A DNA stretch of 64,000 nt from a virus, in IMG/VR virus record IMGVR_UViG_3300033145_001546, positions 13,256 through 77,255 of that record, one strand, 5' to 3'. Both the position numbers and the translations under genes were made by a program. The first letter of the stretch is position 1. Each line of letters begins with the position of its first letter. Below, piece after piece: positions 1 through 10,038 of this stretch. Below the pieces are notes generated by a model, which saw nothing but the letters and a program-made list of their open reading frames with translations, did not search any database and had not been told where the DNA came from.

Positions 1-665
1 CGATGTACCAAATCCTTATTTTCCTTCAACCACATGCGGTCTTTGAGGGTTGAATCCTTTAATACGAAAGTTAATTTATCCCCCGCCTTATTCAACCGCA
101 AAAACCCCGCACCGTCCTCTATAGAACACGCCCCAATCTCGTCCGGAAGGATTGCCAAATGATCAGGCCGATAATTCCGGGCTACGGCATCATAATGCTT
201 TCCATTGAACTCCCCACTGGTGTCTTCGTCGTCCGTAAACAATCCCGTGGACAATTCCATTACATCCCCATTTTCCACCGCTGTTAAAACATCTTCATCA
301 ATCTCCTTTACCCTCTCCATATCTAACCACACTTCTGTTTTAAGCGATGATAATTTATCATCATCAACTACCACATCCTCTATTCGAGTGTTCATCAATA
401 CCCCCAACCCTCTATTAGTAATAATATCCGGGTCACAAGCACTTACCCCTTGCCCATCCTTTTGGGGATGGTAAAGCACTGCGGGTTTGGAATTCCAAAG
501 CGGAACAGATTTTTTCAGCTCATCTGCAGGATATAACAAAGGTCCATGGTTCCCATTCAATACCCCCTCTACTATCATAATCGCCGGGGCGACCAGATAA
601 TCTTTACCCGCCATTGTGTCATGGCGAGTAACCCCTGAGAGGTTGACCTTCACATTTTGTAGCAT
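1..665 (-). CDS. DUF2213-type prohead protease/scaffold (runs off window start)
   Basis: Not in the ORF track. Manual translation: MLQNVKVNL...IMIVEGVLNG...MELSTGLF...NYRPDHLAILPDEIGACSIEDGAG. GAGGTG RBS; located in the head module. Confidence 0.8.
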   Translation of the reverse strand, partial: MLQNVKVNLSGVTRHDTMAGKDYLVAPAIMIVEGVLNGNHGPLLYPADELKKSVPLWNSKPAVLYHPQKDGQGVSACDPDIITNRGLGVLMNTRIEDVVVDDDKLSSLKTEVWLDMERVKEIDEDVLTAVENGDVMELSTGLFTDDEDTSGEFNGKHYDAVARNYRPDHLAILPDEIGACSIEDGAGFLRLNKAGDKLTFVLKDSTLKDRMWLKENKDLVH

Positions 666-916
666 GATATCACCTCATTTCAAATTCCCCGAAACGATAA
701 TCAAACCTATACTCTACACCCTAAAATATACGTTTGAATCCAGAGAAGTAAAGAACTTTTTTTGAGGTGGGGAAAAAGATGTTGGGAAATACAAGAAAAT
801 ATATATAAAATGTAGATATATACAACCGAATGTTAAATGTGGTACTACAAGGACTTAACACTCAGCTGGTATATCTACATTTGGAGAACGAAAAAAATTT
901 AAGAAAAATCGAAAAT

Positions 917-1507
917 TTAAGCAGTTACTACAATCTCCCGGACAGGTTCCCAAATAGACTCATATTTACCAGGACCTATGAAATCACCGGGAATATACTC
1001 ATTGCTCGGATGATCATCATCTATCAAGGACATTCTGATACAAGGCTCTGCAAAGTTTTCAGAACAAAACAGACTGGTTAAGTCCTGAGTGTTTTCTCCA
1101 AATGGCCCATCATACACAGCCTTGACCAATTCTATAAAATCATTTTCATAAGGCCTGTCCTTCACCTCATGTCGATAGGCTCTTAGAATAGCCAACTGTT
1201 CTAACGTCAAAGGTTTTCTAATAGTCCTGATACCAACCTTGCCTTGATAAGTTGCAATACGGGCCTGCAATGGTACCAACATCACGCCCTTCTTGACAAA
1301 TCCAGAACTGATGTCAGCTACCTTACAAAGTAAAGTCGTCTCATGGCATAGGACCATATCCCACTCCGGACAAACAATCGTCATGCCTATGTGAGACCAC
1401 TCACTTCCTGAGGCAACCTTAATACCTACAGATGCCAAACCAGTTCCAGAAAAAGCCACCATGTCCCCCGTCTGTGCTTTTAGTCTGTACTTATCGTATG
1501 TCAACAT
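917..1507 (-). CDS. Permuted papain-like NlpC/P60 (YiiX/YebB-like) enzyme
   Basis: GD-x-x-x-F, early WSHIG (His) and late LFCSE (Cys): the permuted catalytic order. Confidence 0.75.
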   Translation of the reverse strand: MLTYDKYRLKAQTGDMVAFSGTGLASVGIKVASGSEWSHIGMTIVCPEWDMVLCHETTLLCKVADISSGFVKKGVMLVPLQARIATYQGKVGIRTIRKPLTLEQLAILRAYRHEVKDRPYENDFIELVKAVYDGPFGENTQDLTSLFCSENFAEPCIRMSLIDDDHPSNEYIPGDFIGPGKYESIWEPVREIVVTA

Positions 1508-1522
1508 CTTCTACTCCTTTCC

Positions 1523-1897
1523 TTACGGTATCGGTACTCCTATCGTTGCTGCCCCTGCCTTCAAACCCATATCAAATAATGCTGCCGCCTTATCCCACTC
1601 AGTCGCAGATTTGCTTTGGTCAAAATAGATTTGGTATCCCTCTTGGTCTTTGGTTATCTGCACCCCAGATAATTCACTATCCCCTGTGCGCACCCAAACT
1701 CCCTTACCACTATTTGGATCCACACTACCACGGGCTGTCCCTTGGAGGATTGACATCACAACATAATCCCCTGTCTTGTCATTACCCATGGCAGTGGTGC
1801 ATCCAGCTAATCCCACCAAAGTGGCGATAAGGGAGAATACAGCTAATGCCAACAATAATAACAATCCTACTATTTTTAATCCTTCCTTGATCCTCAT
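1523..1897 (-). CDS. Putative lipoprotein
   Basis: Likely start MRIKEG at 1897; hydrophobic signal ending in lipobox LAGC. Confidence 0.6.
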   Translation of the reverse strand: MRIKEGLKIVGLLLLLALAVFSLIATLVGLAGCTTAMGNDKTGDYVVMSILQGTARGSVDPNSGKGVWVRTGDSELSGVQITKDQEGYQIYFDQSKSATEWDKAAALFDMGLKAGAATIGVPIP

Positions 1898-1899
1898 TT

Positions 1900-2065
1900 C
1901 TATATCTCCCAAACAACTAAAGGAACAACACCATCCATTTCTGGTATTTGGTCTTTCGGCCACGGTGGGGTCTGGGCATTAGTACAGCCACAAATGAATA
2001 TGACAACACCTATAAGTAAGAAAGATTAAGATGCATACGATTCTATAGATAAACCCTTTGTCCAT
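1900..2065 (-). pseudogene. Small lipoprotein ORF with a +1 frameshift (or sequencing error)
   Basis: GGAAAGGGA RBS, then MDKGFIYRIVCILI. Removing one T near 2022 gives FLLIGVVIFICGC-TNAQTPPWPKDQIPEMDGVVPLVVWEI*. Confidence 0.4.
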
Positions 2066-2084
2066 TTTAATCCCTTTCCAAAAT

Positions 2085-2127
2085 AAAAACGTGCCCCGCC
2101 TTGCCGTGGCAGGAAGGACAGGGCACG
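2085..2127 (-). terminator. GC-rich hairpin with T tail (terminator or processing site)
   Basis: CGTGCCC...GGGCACG followed by TTTTT on the minus strand. Confidence 0.5.
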
Positions 2128-2599
2128 ATTAAAGCGAATACCACCATTTGCCTTGCGTGGCTTTCTTTTTTCCAATCATCTCAGTATTCTATTTTATTTA
2201 GCATCCCACCCACCCATCCTCTATCTAAACAAATCCAGAAAGCCTTCTCAATGGTTTCGGTTTTCTATTTATATAGCAGGGCCGGATTCTCTTGCGCCGA
2301 CCCAATCTCAAATAACAGATCAATAATAATATACAATTAAAGACATCATCCCATATCACATTGTACATAGGCACTAAGATAAATGAGTGCCTGATTCTAT
2401 CCGAGATGAAAGAATCAAAAATCATACCACTTCCAAAATAAAAAGGGAAAGGGTTTTGTTATCTAATGAGCTATACTTCGCTTTTTACGGCCCCTTCCCA
2501 TTATTCACTTTTCAAAAGAACAGGGCAGGGCCCAAGGGGATGCGAAACCCTATTAACAACAACCCCCGCCCTATTCCGGAGGGGAGAAAAACTTTGCTC

Positions 2600-2620
2600 C
2601 TACTATATTATCGGAAAAAA
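2600..2620 (-). promoter_or_regulatory. Phage-specific promoter motif TTTTTCCGATAATA (copy 1)
   Basis: Minus strand TTTTTTCCGATAATATAGTAG, the same motif as at 19721, 22448 and 37878; all copies intergenic. Confidence 0.6.
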
Positions 2621-2642
2621 CACCCATATAGACACAATTATT

Positions 2643-3635
2643 TTATAATTCTTTTCCCGCCCACACGGACCGCCTTCTAACCGCCTTTTTTGTTCTCGCT
2701 ATGGTCTTAGGGGCTTCTGCTTGTATAGACTTCTCAACAGCTTGTTTTTTAGCTTTACCCCACAATTGCCCCCTCCTCTTTTCAAACTTGCTGGCGGGAA
2801 TCCATATACACCGACAATTAGGGTGCCGAGGAATTAAACCTCTGGCTTCTTTTACAGTCATCACAACCCCCTCTAATTCTCCACATAACGGACACACCCT
2901 ATCATCCCCAGCCGTACTCCATTCAGCCAATACCCCAATTTCCTCTACCCCCAATCTCTCAAACGAATCCAATTGTCCTTCTGCGTGTGATGCTATGATC
3001 TCTGTCCGAGCAATTGCCATAGCCCGCCCTCTGGTCAGGCCTCCAATAGATTCAGTCATATTTCGAGCTATCTGAGAAACGCTATAACCATGGACCAATC
3101 CATTAGCCAAATGCCTACTCAGCTGCTGACTCATAGTTGCTGTAACCCCTTGCAATTCCGTAAAAGTCCTGGTACTCAATAATTCTATTTGAGATAAAGT
3201 TATGGGTTGGTTGAAAGCATCACGGAGAAACTGGGCCTTGCCTCCCGCATAGAATTCCGGAGTAGATGCCAACTCCTCTGCAAATATATCCGTATAGGCC
3301 TGGATATATCCTTTTTGATAAGCACTCTCTACATACTCTGCAGTCCAAGGTTTATCACTGATACCACCTATGGGAGTAAGAATGTTAGCGTCGATTTGCC
3401 CTTGCAACCATTTTTTATATGCCTTCAATTTTTGAGGGTTGGTCAGGAATCGCCAAGCTTGTCTTTCCACATTAAAAGAAATAGGTTCAGAAGTGGTCAA
3501 GCCCAACACATCATTCTCTACAAGTAATTTGGTATTGGCCTTCTCTACACTTCTGAACCTACGCTTCATATCAGCCATGAACCGCTTTCGCAATGTCGTG
3601 GTTCGGCTGGGGTCAATTCTCATTTGGTTCGGCAT
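2643..3635 (-). CDS. Head morphogenesis protein (SPP1 gp7 / Mu gpF family)
   Basis: RAMAIARTE, WSTAGDDRVCPLC and PRHPNCRC motifs. Confidence 0.92.
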   Translation of the reverse strand: MPNQMRIDPSRTTTLRKRFMADMKRRFRSVEKANTKLLVENDVLGLTTSEPISFNVERQAWRFLTNPQKLKAYKKWLQGQIDANILTPIGGISDKPWTAEYVESAYQKGYIQAYTDIFAEELASTPEFYAGGKAQFLRDAFNQPITLSQIELLSTRTFTELQGVTATMSQQLSRHLANGLVHGYSVSQIARNMTESIGGLTRGRAMAIARTEIIASHAEGQLDSFERLGVEEIGVLAEWSTAGDDRVCPLCGELEGVVMTVKEARGLIPRHPNCRCIWIPASKFEKRRGQLWGKAKKQAVEKSIQAEAPKTIARTKKAVRRRSVWAGKEL

Positions 3636-3874
3636 TACTCCACCTCTTTAACTTTACCATCAACCCATAAATTCACAGGTTGGAATCCATTGTTAAAGGT
3701 ACTCTGGCACATGCATACCATAGCACCATCCGCAATCTGTTCCCGTTCCACATCTGTCAATTTCCAAACACTTGTCACTTTCCCATCCTTTTCATGGTGA
3801 GCAGGCAAATCTTGCACTTGCGGTTGTCCTTTACCTAATACCACATTTACTGCCTTAAATTGTATTGGTCCCAT
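3635..3874 (-). CDS. Hypothetical phage protein
   Basis: Translationally coupled between portal and gp7-like gene. Confidence 0.6.
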   Translation of the reverse strand: MGPIQFKAVNVVLGKGQPQVQDLPAHHEKDGKVTSVWKLTDVEREQIADGAMVCMCQSTFNNGFQPVNLWVDGKVKEVE

Positions 3875-3894
3875 TACTATACCCTTTCCAAATG

Positions 3895-5307
3895 CTATTT
3901 CGTGGTCTTTTCCGTAACCTCAGTCTCTTTCACTCTCTTTATGGAGGCCTCTGCTATGATAAGGGCTTGCTTTTCATTAAATCCCCAAACCTCCATCATA
4001 TACTCCTTGGGTGGGATAAGAAGGTCCACTTCTCCCACCACGTACTTAACAAAAGCTTCTGTCTTGGATAAGGCCACTTTCGCTTTATCCAAATCGCTGG
4101 GGGCCTCTAAGTCTGGCCAAGTAGCGTCATACCTTTCAGGTGGGGGCAAAATCCCAAAAATAATCATCCGGTCTATAAACACCCGGATAATCATAGGCAT
4201 CACATACTCCACCCTGCGCTTAGCCACCCGCTTGTACCATGCTTTAGCATCTTGTCCCGAAGCCAACTTGCCCTCCTCTGAACCCATAAACACCCGCATA
4301 GGCACTCCCAAGGCCAAAGCAATTTGACCCACCTGAACATCCACGTGTCCTTTGGGGTCTGCTATTTGTGGGGCCATGGATTTGGCCTTAACACCAGCCA
4401 AAGCTATATACCGTTGCATACCATCCGCATAGTCTTTAATCTCCTCTTGGAAAGATTCTTTGGCAGCTGTATCCCATTGTGATGCCACTTCCGGGTCTAT
4501 TTCATAATTCATTCCCGGATAACCTCCCCTCCAAAACATCTCCCCGGACCCAGACGTAATTTTCCGCACGTCCAATAATCGGTTGTAAACATTTTTCATT
4601 CTGGGCGTGCCTAAAGTATCACTACTCAACCGCCCATCAGCTAAGTGCAAAACCCTGGTCCAATGTACCTTTACATCACGGGAGGCGTTGGTTTTAGAAG
4701 GGTTCTCAAACTTTATATTATACAATACAGGCAGGCCATATCGGGGGGATGCTAAATCATCTTCCTTCTTATCTATCGTGATGGCACTTTGGTCGAAAGG
4801 CTTCAAATACAACAATTTATATTTGGGCTTTCCTACCTGCTTCCCCTTATTATTCAAACCCACAACTGGTTTGCTCAAAGCTTTCCCATCATCTATGCCT
4901 AACAACAATAGCCCAAACTCCCCAATGCCACTGAGAATGTCAGCCCGTTGGAGATAATGATACACATTCCTCTCCCTTTGCAAATCCCTCCAGGCCTTCT
5001 CAAAGGCCGTCTCTTCCGTTTTCTCGTCCTCAAAAATAGTTGGGGGCAAACTCCAACATTCCTCCGGGTAGATACTCACCACTCTGGCCGCCACACCCTC
5101 ACGGGTGAACATTCTTTTGTAATCCGAAATGGTAATATCAGTTGGATAACGACATTCATAATCTATATCCAACCCCGGATTCAAAAGGGTTGCTATGGTT
5201 CGACGACGCAATGTAGTGGCATTTTGTACTACCATAGAAGTAATAGCCATCTTTTCATTTCGAGACAGTCCTTCCTTCTTTTTGCCCGATTTTCTTGTTT
5301 TTGCCAT
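3895..5307 (-). CDS. Portal protein (DUF1073-like)
   Basis: 470 aa between TerL and gp7-like gene; VHWTRVLH and GVPMRVFMGSEEGKLAS motifs. Confidence 0.85.
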   Translation of the reverse strand: MAKTRKSGKKKEGLSRNEKMAITSMVVQNATTLRRRTIATLLNPGLDIDYECRYPTDITISDYKRMFTREGVAARVVSIYPEECWSLPPTIFEDEKTEETAFEKAWRDLQRERNVYHYLQRADILSGIGEFGLLLLGIDDGKALSKPVVGLNNKGKQVGKPKYKLLYLKPFDQSAITIDKKEDDLASPRYGLPVLYNIKFENPSKTNASRDVKVHWTRVLHLADGRLSSDTLGTPRMKNVYNRLLDVRKITSGSGEMFWRGGYPGMNYEIDPEVASQWDTAAKESFQEEIKDYADGMQRYIALAGVKAKSMAPQIADPKGHVDVQVGQIALALGVPMRVFMGSEEGKLASGQDAKAWYKRVAKRRVEYVMPMIIRVFIDRMIIFGILPPPERYDATWPDLEAPSDLDKAKVALSKTEAFVKYVVGEVDLLIPPKEYMMEVWGFNEKQALIIAEASIKRVKETEVTEKTTK

Positions 5308-5311
5308 TAGT

Positions 5312-5605
5312 CTAATCCTTTACTTTATCACTTTTGTTATATTCATCTTCGCTCATGCGTACCACTTTGCGAACAACCATTTTCCCATTGCCTTGAGACC
5401 AATTGCGAACCAAGGCCCTTTGCTTCATGGGTGACAAACTTGCGAACCTGGCTTTCATAACGCTACGAACACGAGTCAGGGCCTGCAATGAATTGGGCCT
5501 ATCCAATCGGGCCATATACTTACTGCCATCCCAATACGTCAACTTCACCACTTTGATCATTTCTGGCTCAAAGGACGATATTACTGTTTCAACTTTTTCT
5601 TTCAT
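5312..5605 (-). CDS. Hypothetical protein
   Basis: Overlaps the TerL stop (ATGA coupling). Confidence 0.55.
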   Translation of the reverse strand: MKEKVETVISSFEPEMIKVVKLTYWDGSKYMARLDRPNSLQALTRVRSVMKARFASLSPMKQRALVRNWSQGNGKMVVRKVVRMSEDEYNKSDKVKD

Positions 5606-7080
5606 CGTCTAAACACTGCTCCTAATATTAAATTGCCCGAAGTTAATTGATTGAACGCACCACTTGATGCATCCACCTGGTCTTTATATCGGCTATTGGG
5701 AAAGAACTTCAACTCCTCCAAATAGGCCGTATTCCAATCGCCCTCTACCATAACCACATTCCCATTATTTACTTGCACTGAGAACGGGTCTGCCCTCAAC
5801 TCTTTAGAGGCCTCACTGCCACTGGGCTTGTCTATTCTCACCCGGAAACCCGCCAACATTCTCACAGTCCTCTCCGCACTCTCTTTACCACCGCTGCCCG
5901 GTTCCTGCTCTACTCCTATATCTACGGCTGTAGTATCTATGCGGGCCGTGCGCAAAATGAGTTTCTCACGGGCAGCACTATCCAGTCTTAATCTCTCTAA
6001 TCCATAAATCCAAAATCTCCCAGCCCTATCCTCCCCCATCTTCAATCCCACAGTAAAAGCCCCCCGGCCTCCCAATGTAGCCGCCTTGTCCCAAAATCTA
6101 ACTATCCGCTTCATTTTCTCCGGGGCAGACACAGCCAATTGTATTTTATCAGTTTGGAACATGCCCCCACCCGCAGGTATCGGAGTTTGCAAAAACTGGG
6201 AAGCGTAGTGGTAACCACCCTTGGCCTGCTGTTCCGTCAAAAACTTTCGGGTAATACGAACTGGATCCATCAAGCCATCTTTATACTTTTTCCTCAATTT
6301 CTTGGGCCTAATATCTTCCGTCACCTCTGCAGGCAGGCGAATGTGCTTAATACCCAGCTTGGTATTCTTGCTGCCCATCTCCCGTTCCATTCTCCGGACC
6401 TCTTGGGCCTCCTCTATCATATTGGTAGTACAATCATTTTGATGAAGCCGCTGCATTATGAGAATAGTAGGGGTAATGCTTTTATCTTTTTTCCGAGTGC
6501 TTAAAGTTGCACCCATCCACTCATTGGCAGTTTTCAATGTGACATCACTGGCTGCCAGCTTGGGGTCCAATGGATCATCAATAACTATGAAATCAGCATG
6601 CTTGCCTGTAATAGAACCACCCACCCCCACTGCAATCCGTGTTCCACGTTTCGTATTGTAAAACTGGCTTTTGGCCTTGGCGTCCGGTCTGATGACAACT
6701 TCTGGAAATATCCGCATATACTTATCACTCATTATGATATCACGGCTTTTGAGTGCTAAATCCATTGCTAATTCTGCACTATAGCTGCCTCCAATGAATC
6801 CTGCTGTAGGCATCCGGGTCCATATCCAAGGCGGCAAAAATACTGACCCCACTGTAGACTTGGTAGAACCAGGAGATACATTTATAATAAGGTCATGAAG
6901 TTTATGCTTGCCAGCAAACACTCTTTCACAAACCTTTTGTATTGCATCGCACATATACTCTACGTGCCAGTTCCATACAGGAGTTTTGGTTTCTATGGTA
7001 TCCCAAAACTCTTTCACGAATTCATAGTAGCTTTCCCGGCATATAGATGCAACCAAGTTGTCTTCACTAACTTTTACCAT
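5602..7080 (-). CDS. terL: Terminase large subunit
   Basis: NVSPGSTKS Walker A, ITGKHADFIVIDDP Walker B, IMQRLH; C-terminal nuclease FWDKA...KDQVDASSGAF. Confidence 0.95.
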   Translation of the reverse strand: MVKVSEDNLVASICRESYYEFVKEFWDTIETKTPVWNWHVEYMCDAIQKVCERVFAGKHKLHDLIINVSPGSTKSTVGSVFLPPWIWTRMPTAGFIGGSYSAELAMDLALKSRDIIMSDKYMRIFPEVVIRPDAKAKSQFYNTKRGTRIAVGVGGSITGKHADFIVIDDPLDPKLAASDVTLKTANEWMGATLSTRKKDKSITPTILIMQRLHQNDCTTNMIEEAQEVRRMEREMGSKNTKLGIKHIRLPAEVTEDIRPKKLRKKYKDGLMDPVRITRKFLTEQQAKGGYHYASQFLQTPIPAGGGMFQTDKIQLAVSAPEKMKRIVRFWDKAATLGGRGAFTVGLKMGEDRAGRFWIYGLERLRLDSAAREKLILRTARIDTTAVDIGVEQEPGSGGKESAERTVRMLAGFRVRIDKPSGSEASKELRADPFSVQVNNGNVVMVEGDWNTAYLEELKFFPNSRYKDQVDASSGAFNQLTSGNLILGAVFRR

Positions 7081-7798
7081 CTTTTTTCTCGTCCCGTTTC
7101 CGGATAGCCTCTAATATAGCCTTACGCACCTCTATCGACAAATCTAAGGTGTCTATGTCCAGCGTATTGACCTCTACTGCTCCCCGCACATCTAACTCCA
7201 CCTTCTCGTTATATCCCCTGTCTCGATTGATCGTCCTGTTCGCAAAGATAGTAGCACTACTATCACCACCTGCTATTAACTTAGCCAAATGATCCTCAAA
7301 GAAATTCTTTTTGTGCCAATGGATCTCATCCACCAGATTCGAGAAATCACTATCATGCTCTTTCCACCGATTAAAGGTAGACCGGGATATATTCACTTTC
7401 CTCAATGCAGAACTAATCGAAAAGTTATTCACAGTCCAAGCATAGAAAAACAGATGTTGTCGCATGGTCTTGCCCCCAGCCACCAATATCCGCTCAATTT
7501 TCTCTACCCCTGCACCTGCTTTGTCCAATGCATTGATACGATCCCATGCTTTCCTCACTTTCTTGCTTAACCGCTTATAAACATAGTCCGAAAAGACTGC
7601 AACTTTGCCATCCTCATTCTTATAAGCCTTTCGACCCATCCGTAAGGCCATTCTAAACATCTTTTTCTTTTTTTCCCAGGATACCAATGTGGCATGGGAA
7701 ATCCCCAGAATTCCTGCAATCTTAGTTTCATTCAAACCACTGGAAGCTAACTCATAAGCTCGGAATATAAAAATGTCTTTCCATTTGGTAGTTGCCAT
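7067..7798 (-). CDS. Terminase small subunit-like HTH protein
   Basis: Two HTH-like segments and SATIF...DRGY.EK; immediately upstream of TerL; likely start 7798. Confidence 0.7.
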   Translation of the reverse strand: MATTKWKDIFIFRAYELASSGLNETKIAGILGISHATLVSWEKKKKMFRMALRMGRKAYKNEDGKVAVFSDYVYKRLSKKVRKAWDRINALDKAGAGVEKIERILVAGGKTMRQHLFFYAWTVNNFSISSALRKVNISRSTFNRWKEHDSDFSNLVDEIHWHKKNFFEDHLAKLIAGGDSSATIFANRTINRDRGYNEKVELDVRGAVEVNTLDIDTLDLSIEVRKAILEAIRKRDEKKDGKS

Positions 7799-8580
7799 AA
7801 TCCTATATCTCCTATATAACACCTAAAAACCAATAAACCTTATGCAAATGCAAACACCCGAAAAATTATTTTTTTTAATAAACCACCAAGTCTTTTCCCA
7901 AAATTTTCTCTATATATAACGAGTGGCCATAGATGCATATTAAAAACTTTATATTCTGCATAAGTACCTAAGTCTTTTTTCGACTTCTCTATTCGATTCT
8001 ATTATAGTACATGCACGTCCGAATTATTCGTTTTTCGGACCGTATATCGACTTTCCCCGAATTTCCGACCCTTCATCATCCTTTCTACCCCTATAGTCTC
8101 TTTTCCCTATTCTTACCTATCTTAAGTCCGATATACTCCGATTCCTTTTTTCCTTTTCCTTTTTCTTCTCTACCCGATTTTCTACTTACCTATCCCCCGG
8201 TTTTTTTTCCTACTTCTTCTATCCTATAAGTTTGCATGTCTTTCGGGTATCCTTACCTAAAATAAACTCATGCATGCCTTACTCTTATATCCTTTTATCG
8301 ACTTTCGATTCTTACCGTCTCCCTTCGATTCTAATAGACTTTTTCGTTTATCCATGGTATAGTATCGGTCGGGCTCCGTTCGTCGATTCTCGTCGAAATC
8401 GCCTTTTCTCGGACGGTATAATCTACCCGGTCTTTTCGTCTTCGTCCGGGAATTCTCGTACTATAGCTTTATAAGCTTTCGGGTCGTATAGAAAAAAGCT
8501 ATTTTCTTAAAGATTTTTCGGCCTTTTCGATACCGTAAAGGACGATTTTCGTTTTTTATCATTTTTCTTAAAGATTTTAC

Positions 8581-8608
8581 TTTACTCGGACGATTAAAGT
8601 AGTATAAT
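8581..8608 (+). promoter_or_regulatory. Sigma70-like early promoter
   Basis: TTTACT-16 bp-TATAAT with AT-rich upstream sequence; AGTATAATCTATA shared with the promoter at 15813. Confidence 0.6.
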
Positions 8609-8614
8609 CTATAT

Positions 8615-9065
8615 AGTCCGGGGGGTTTCCCGGACGGCTCTTTAATACGCGAATATCGGCTTTAAGGTTTTTCGGGTTTCCCGGACGGTAGGATTTTCGG
8701 TCCGGTCCGGGAATTCGGAAAATCTAAAAGGGTCTTTTTACCGTATCCGGGAAACCGATTTTTTCTTTCCGTTTACGACCGATAAGCTTTTATAACTAAC
8801 CTCCGTTTTTCTTTTTAGGATTCTCGAAAAGGGTCCGGGACGTTTTCCGGACGGTCTATCCGAAAAGCGGAAAATAAGAAAAGGCGAATAACGGATAGTC
8901 GAAAGACGTCCGGAATTCCGAAAACGAAACGCCGATTTTATATCGGGGAAAAAACGGAATTCCGAACTATCGCGAAGACGAAGTAAGTCGCCGAAGAATA
9001 TTCGACCGGCCCGGAAAGATATACGGTCCGGGGAAGGTTTTCGATAACCTCCGGTCGATTCTTAT
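8615..9065 (+). ncRNA. Putative highly structured leader or ncRNA
   Basis: No start codon on either strand. Multiple stems, e.g. GTCCGGG/CCCGGAC 8616-8635 and a long G-U-rich stem at about 8661-8729. Confidence 0.4.
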
Positions 9066-9113
9066 TAGTAATAGAAAATCGAAAACTTTACTTTAAGCGA
9101 AAGGGAAAGAAAA

Positions 9114-9377
9114 ATGAAAACGAAAACGAAAATCGAAAACTATTTAGACGCTCTAAATTCTCTCGGTTTCGGAACGCCGTCTTCCGACGACGATTCCGGG
9201 ACGATAATATTAGACTCCGGCGATATTATCGAATTATCGAAATTCGAGCGGGGCGGGAAGGTTTCGACCGAAGACCGAAAAGTCTCTTTTTATTTTTCCG
9301 GCGTCTCGGATCTTATCGAAATTCTCTCCGGCGGAAAAGTCGTATATACGACCGCCGGAGAGACCGACGAGTTTTAA
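9114..9377 (+). CDS. Early cassette protein 1 (acidic; no C/W/H/Q or internal M)
   Basis: Strong GAAAGGGAAAGA RBS; TAA followed by hairpin. Confidence 0.8.
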   Translation: MKTKTKIENYLDALNSLGFGTPSSDDDSGTIILDSGDIIELSKFERGGKVSTEDRKVSFYFSGVSDLIEILSGGKVVYTTAGETDEF

Positions 9378-9429
9378 GAGTCTATAAAATACGGTCCGAG
9401 AGAATCCGGACCGGTTTTTATACGCTTTT
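9376..9429 (+). repeat. Intergenic hairpin, variant copy
   Basis: AAGAGTCTATAAAATACGGTCCG-loop-CGGACCGGTTTTTATACGCTTTT. Confidence 0.8.
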
Positions 9430-9471
9430 AAGAAAATCGAAAACTTTACTTTAAGCGAAAGGGAAAGAAAA

Positions 9472-9708
9472 ATGAAAACCGAAAAAACGGAAAAACGAGT
9501 AGAGTCGATTCTCGGAAAGGAAGCTTCGATTCTTTTCGATTCGGAATTCGAGAGGATGGGGATTTTCCAGGTAGAGAATTCCGATTCGGAAAACGAAAAG
9601 TTACTTTCGGAATTTCTCTCGGCGGTCGGAAAAACGGTTTCGGAAATCGACCGGGAAATTCTAAAAGGAATTATAAAAGAAGAATTAACCTATATAAACT
9701 CCTTCTAA
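9472..9708 (+). CDS. Early cassette protein 2 (acidic)
   Basis: Same RBS block as cassette 1. Confidence 0.8.
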   Translation: MKTEKTEKRVESILGKEASILFDSEFERMGIFQVENSDSENEKLLSEFLSAVGKTVSEIDREILKGIIKEELTYINSF

Positions 9709-9724
9709 TTCTCCTTTTCGAGTA

Positions 9725-10016
9725 AAAAGCCTATAGACTACCGGACCCGAAAAGGGTCCGGGTCTCTATACGCTTTTAGAGTAACTCTATACGCTTTTCG
9801 AGTAACTCTATACGCTTTTCGAGTAACTCTATACGCTTTTCGAGTAAAAAGACGAATCGATTAAAGACGAATCGATTAAAGACGAATCGATTAAAGACGA
9901 ATCGATTAAAGACGAATCGATTAAAGACGAATCGATTAAAGACGAATCGATTAAAGACGAAAGACGAATCGATTAAAGACGAATCGATTAAAGACGAATC
10001 GATTAAAGACGAATCG
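9725..10016 (+). repeat. Hairpin + 4x 21-bp repeat + about 11x 15-bp repeat
   Basis: Hairpin 9725-9777; CTCTATACGCTTTTCGAGTAA x4 (9764-9847); AAAGACGAATCGATT x10 plus 2 partial (9848-10016). Confidence 0.95.
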
Positions 10017-10038
10017 TATATTTTAGAAAGGGAAAGAA

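Larger units (their letters stand above)
9073..9479 (+). repeat. 49-bp exact direct repeat (9073-9121 and 9431-9479) containing RBS and start codon
   Basis: AGAAAATCGAAAACTTTACTTTAAGCGAAAGGGAAAGAAAAATGAAAAC occurs twice. Confidence 0.9.

Noticed and set aside
8011-8474. ORFs 8011-8229 and 8232-8474
   Set aside because: Low-complexity F/S/P/L translations of a pyrimidine tract, no RBS; open frames are favoured by the absence of TGA.
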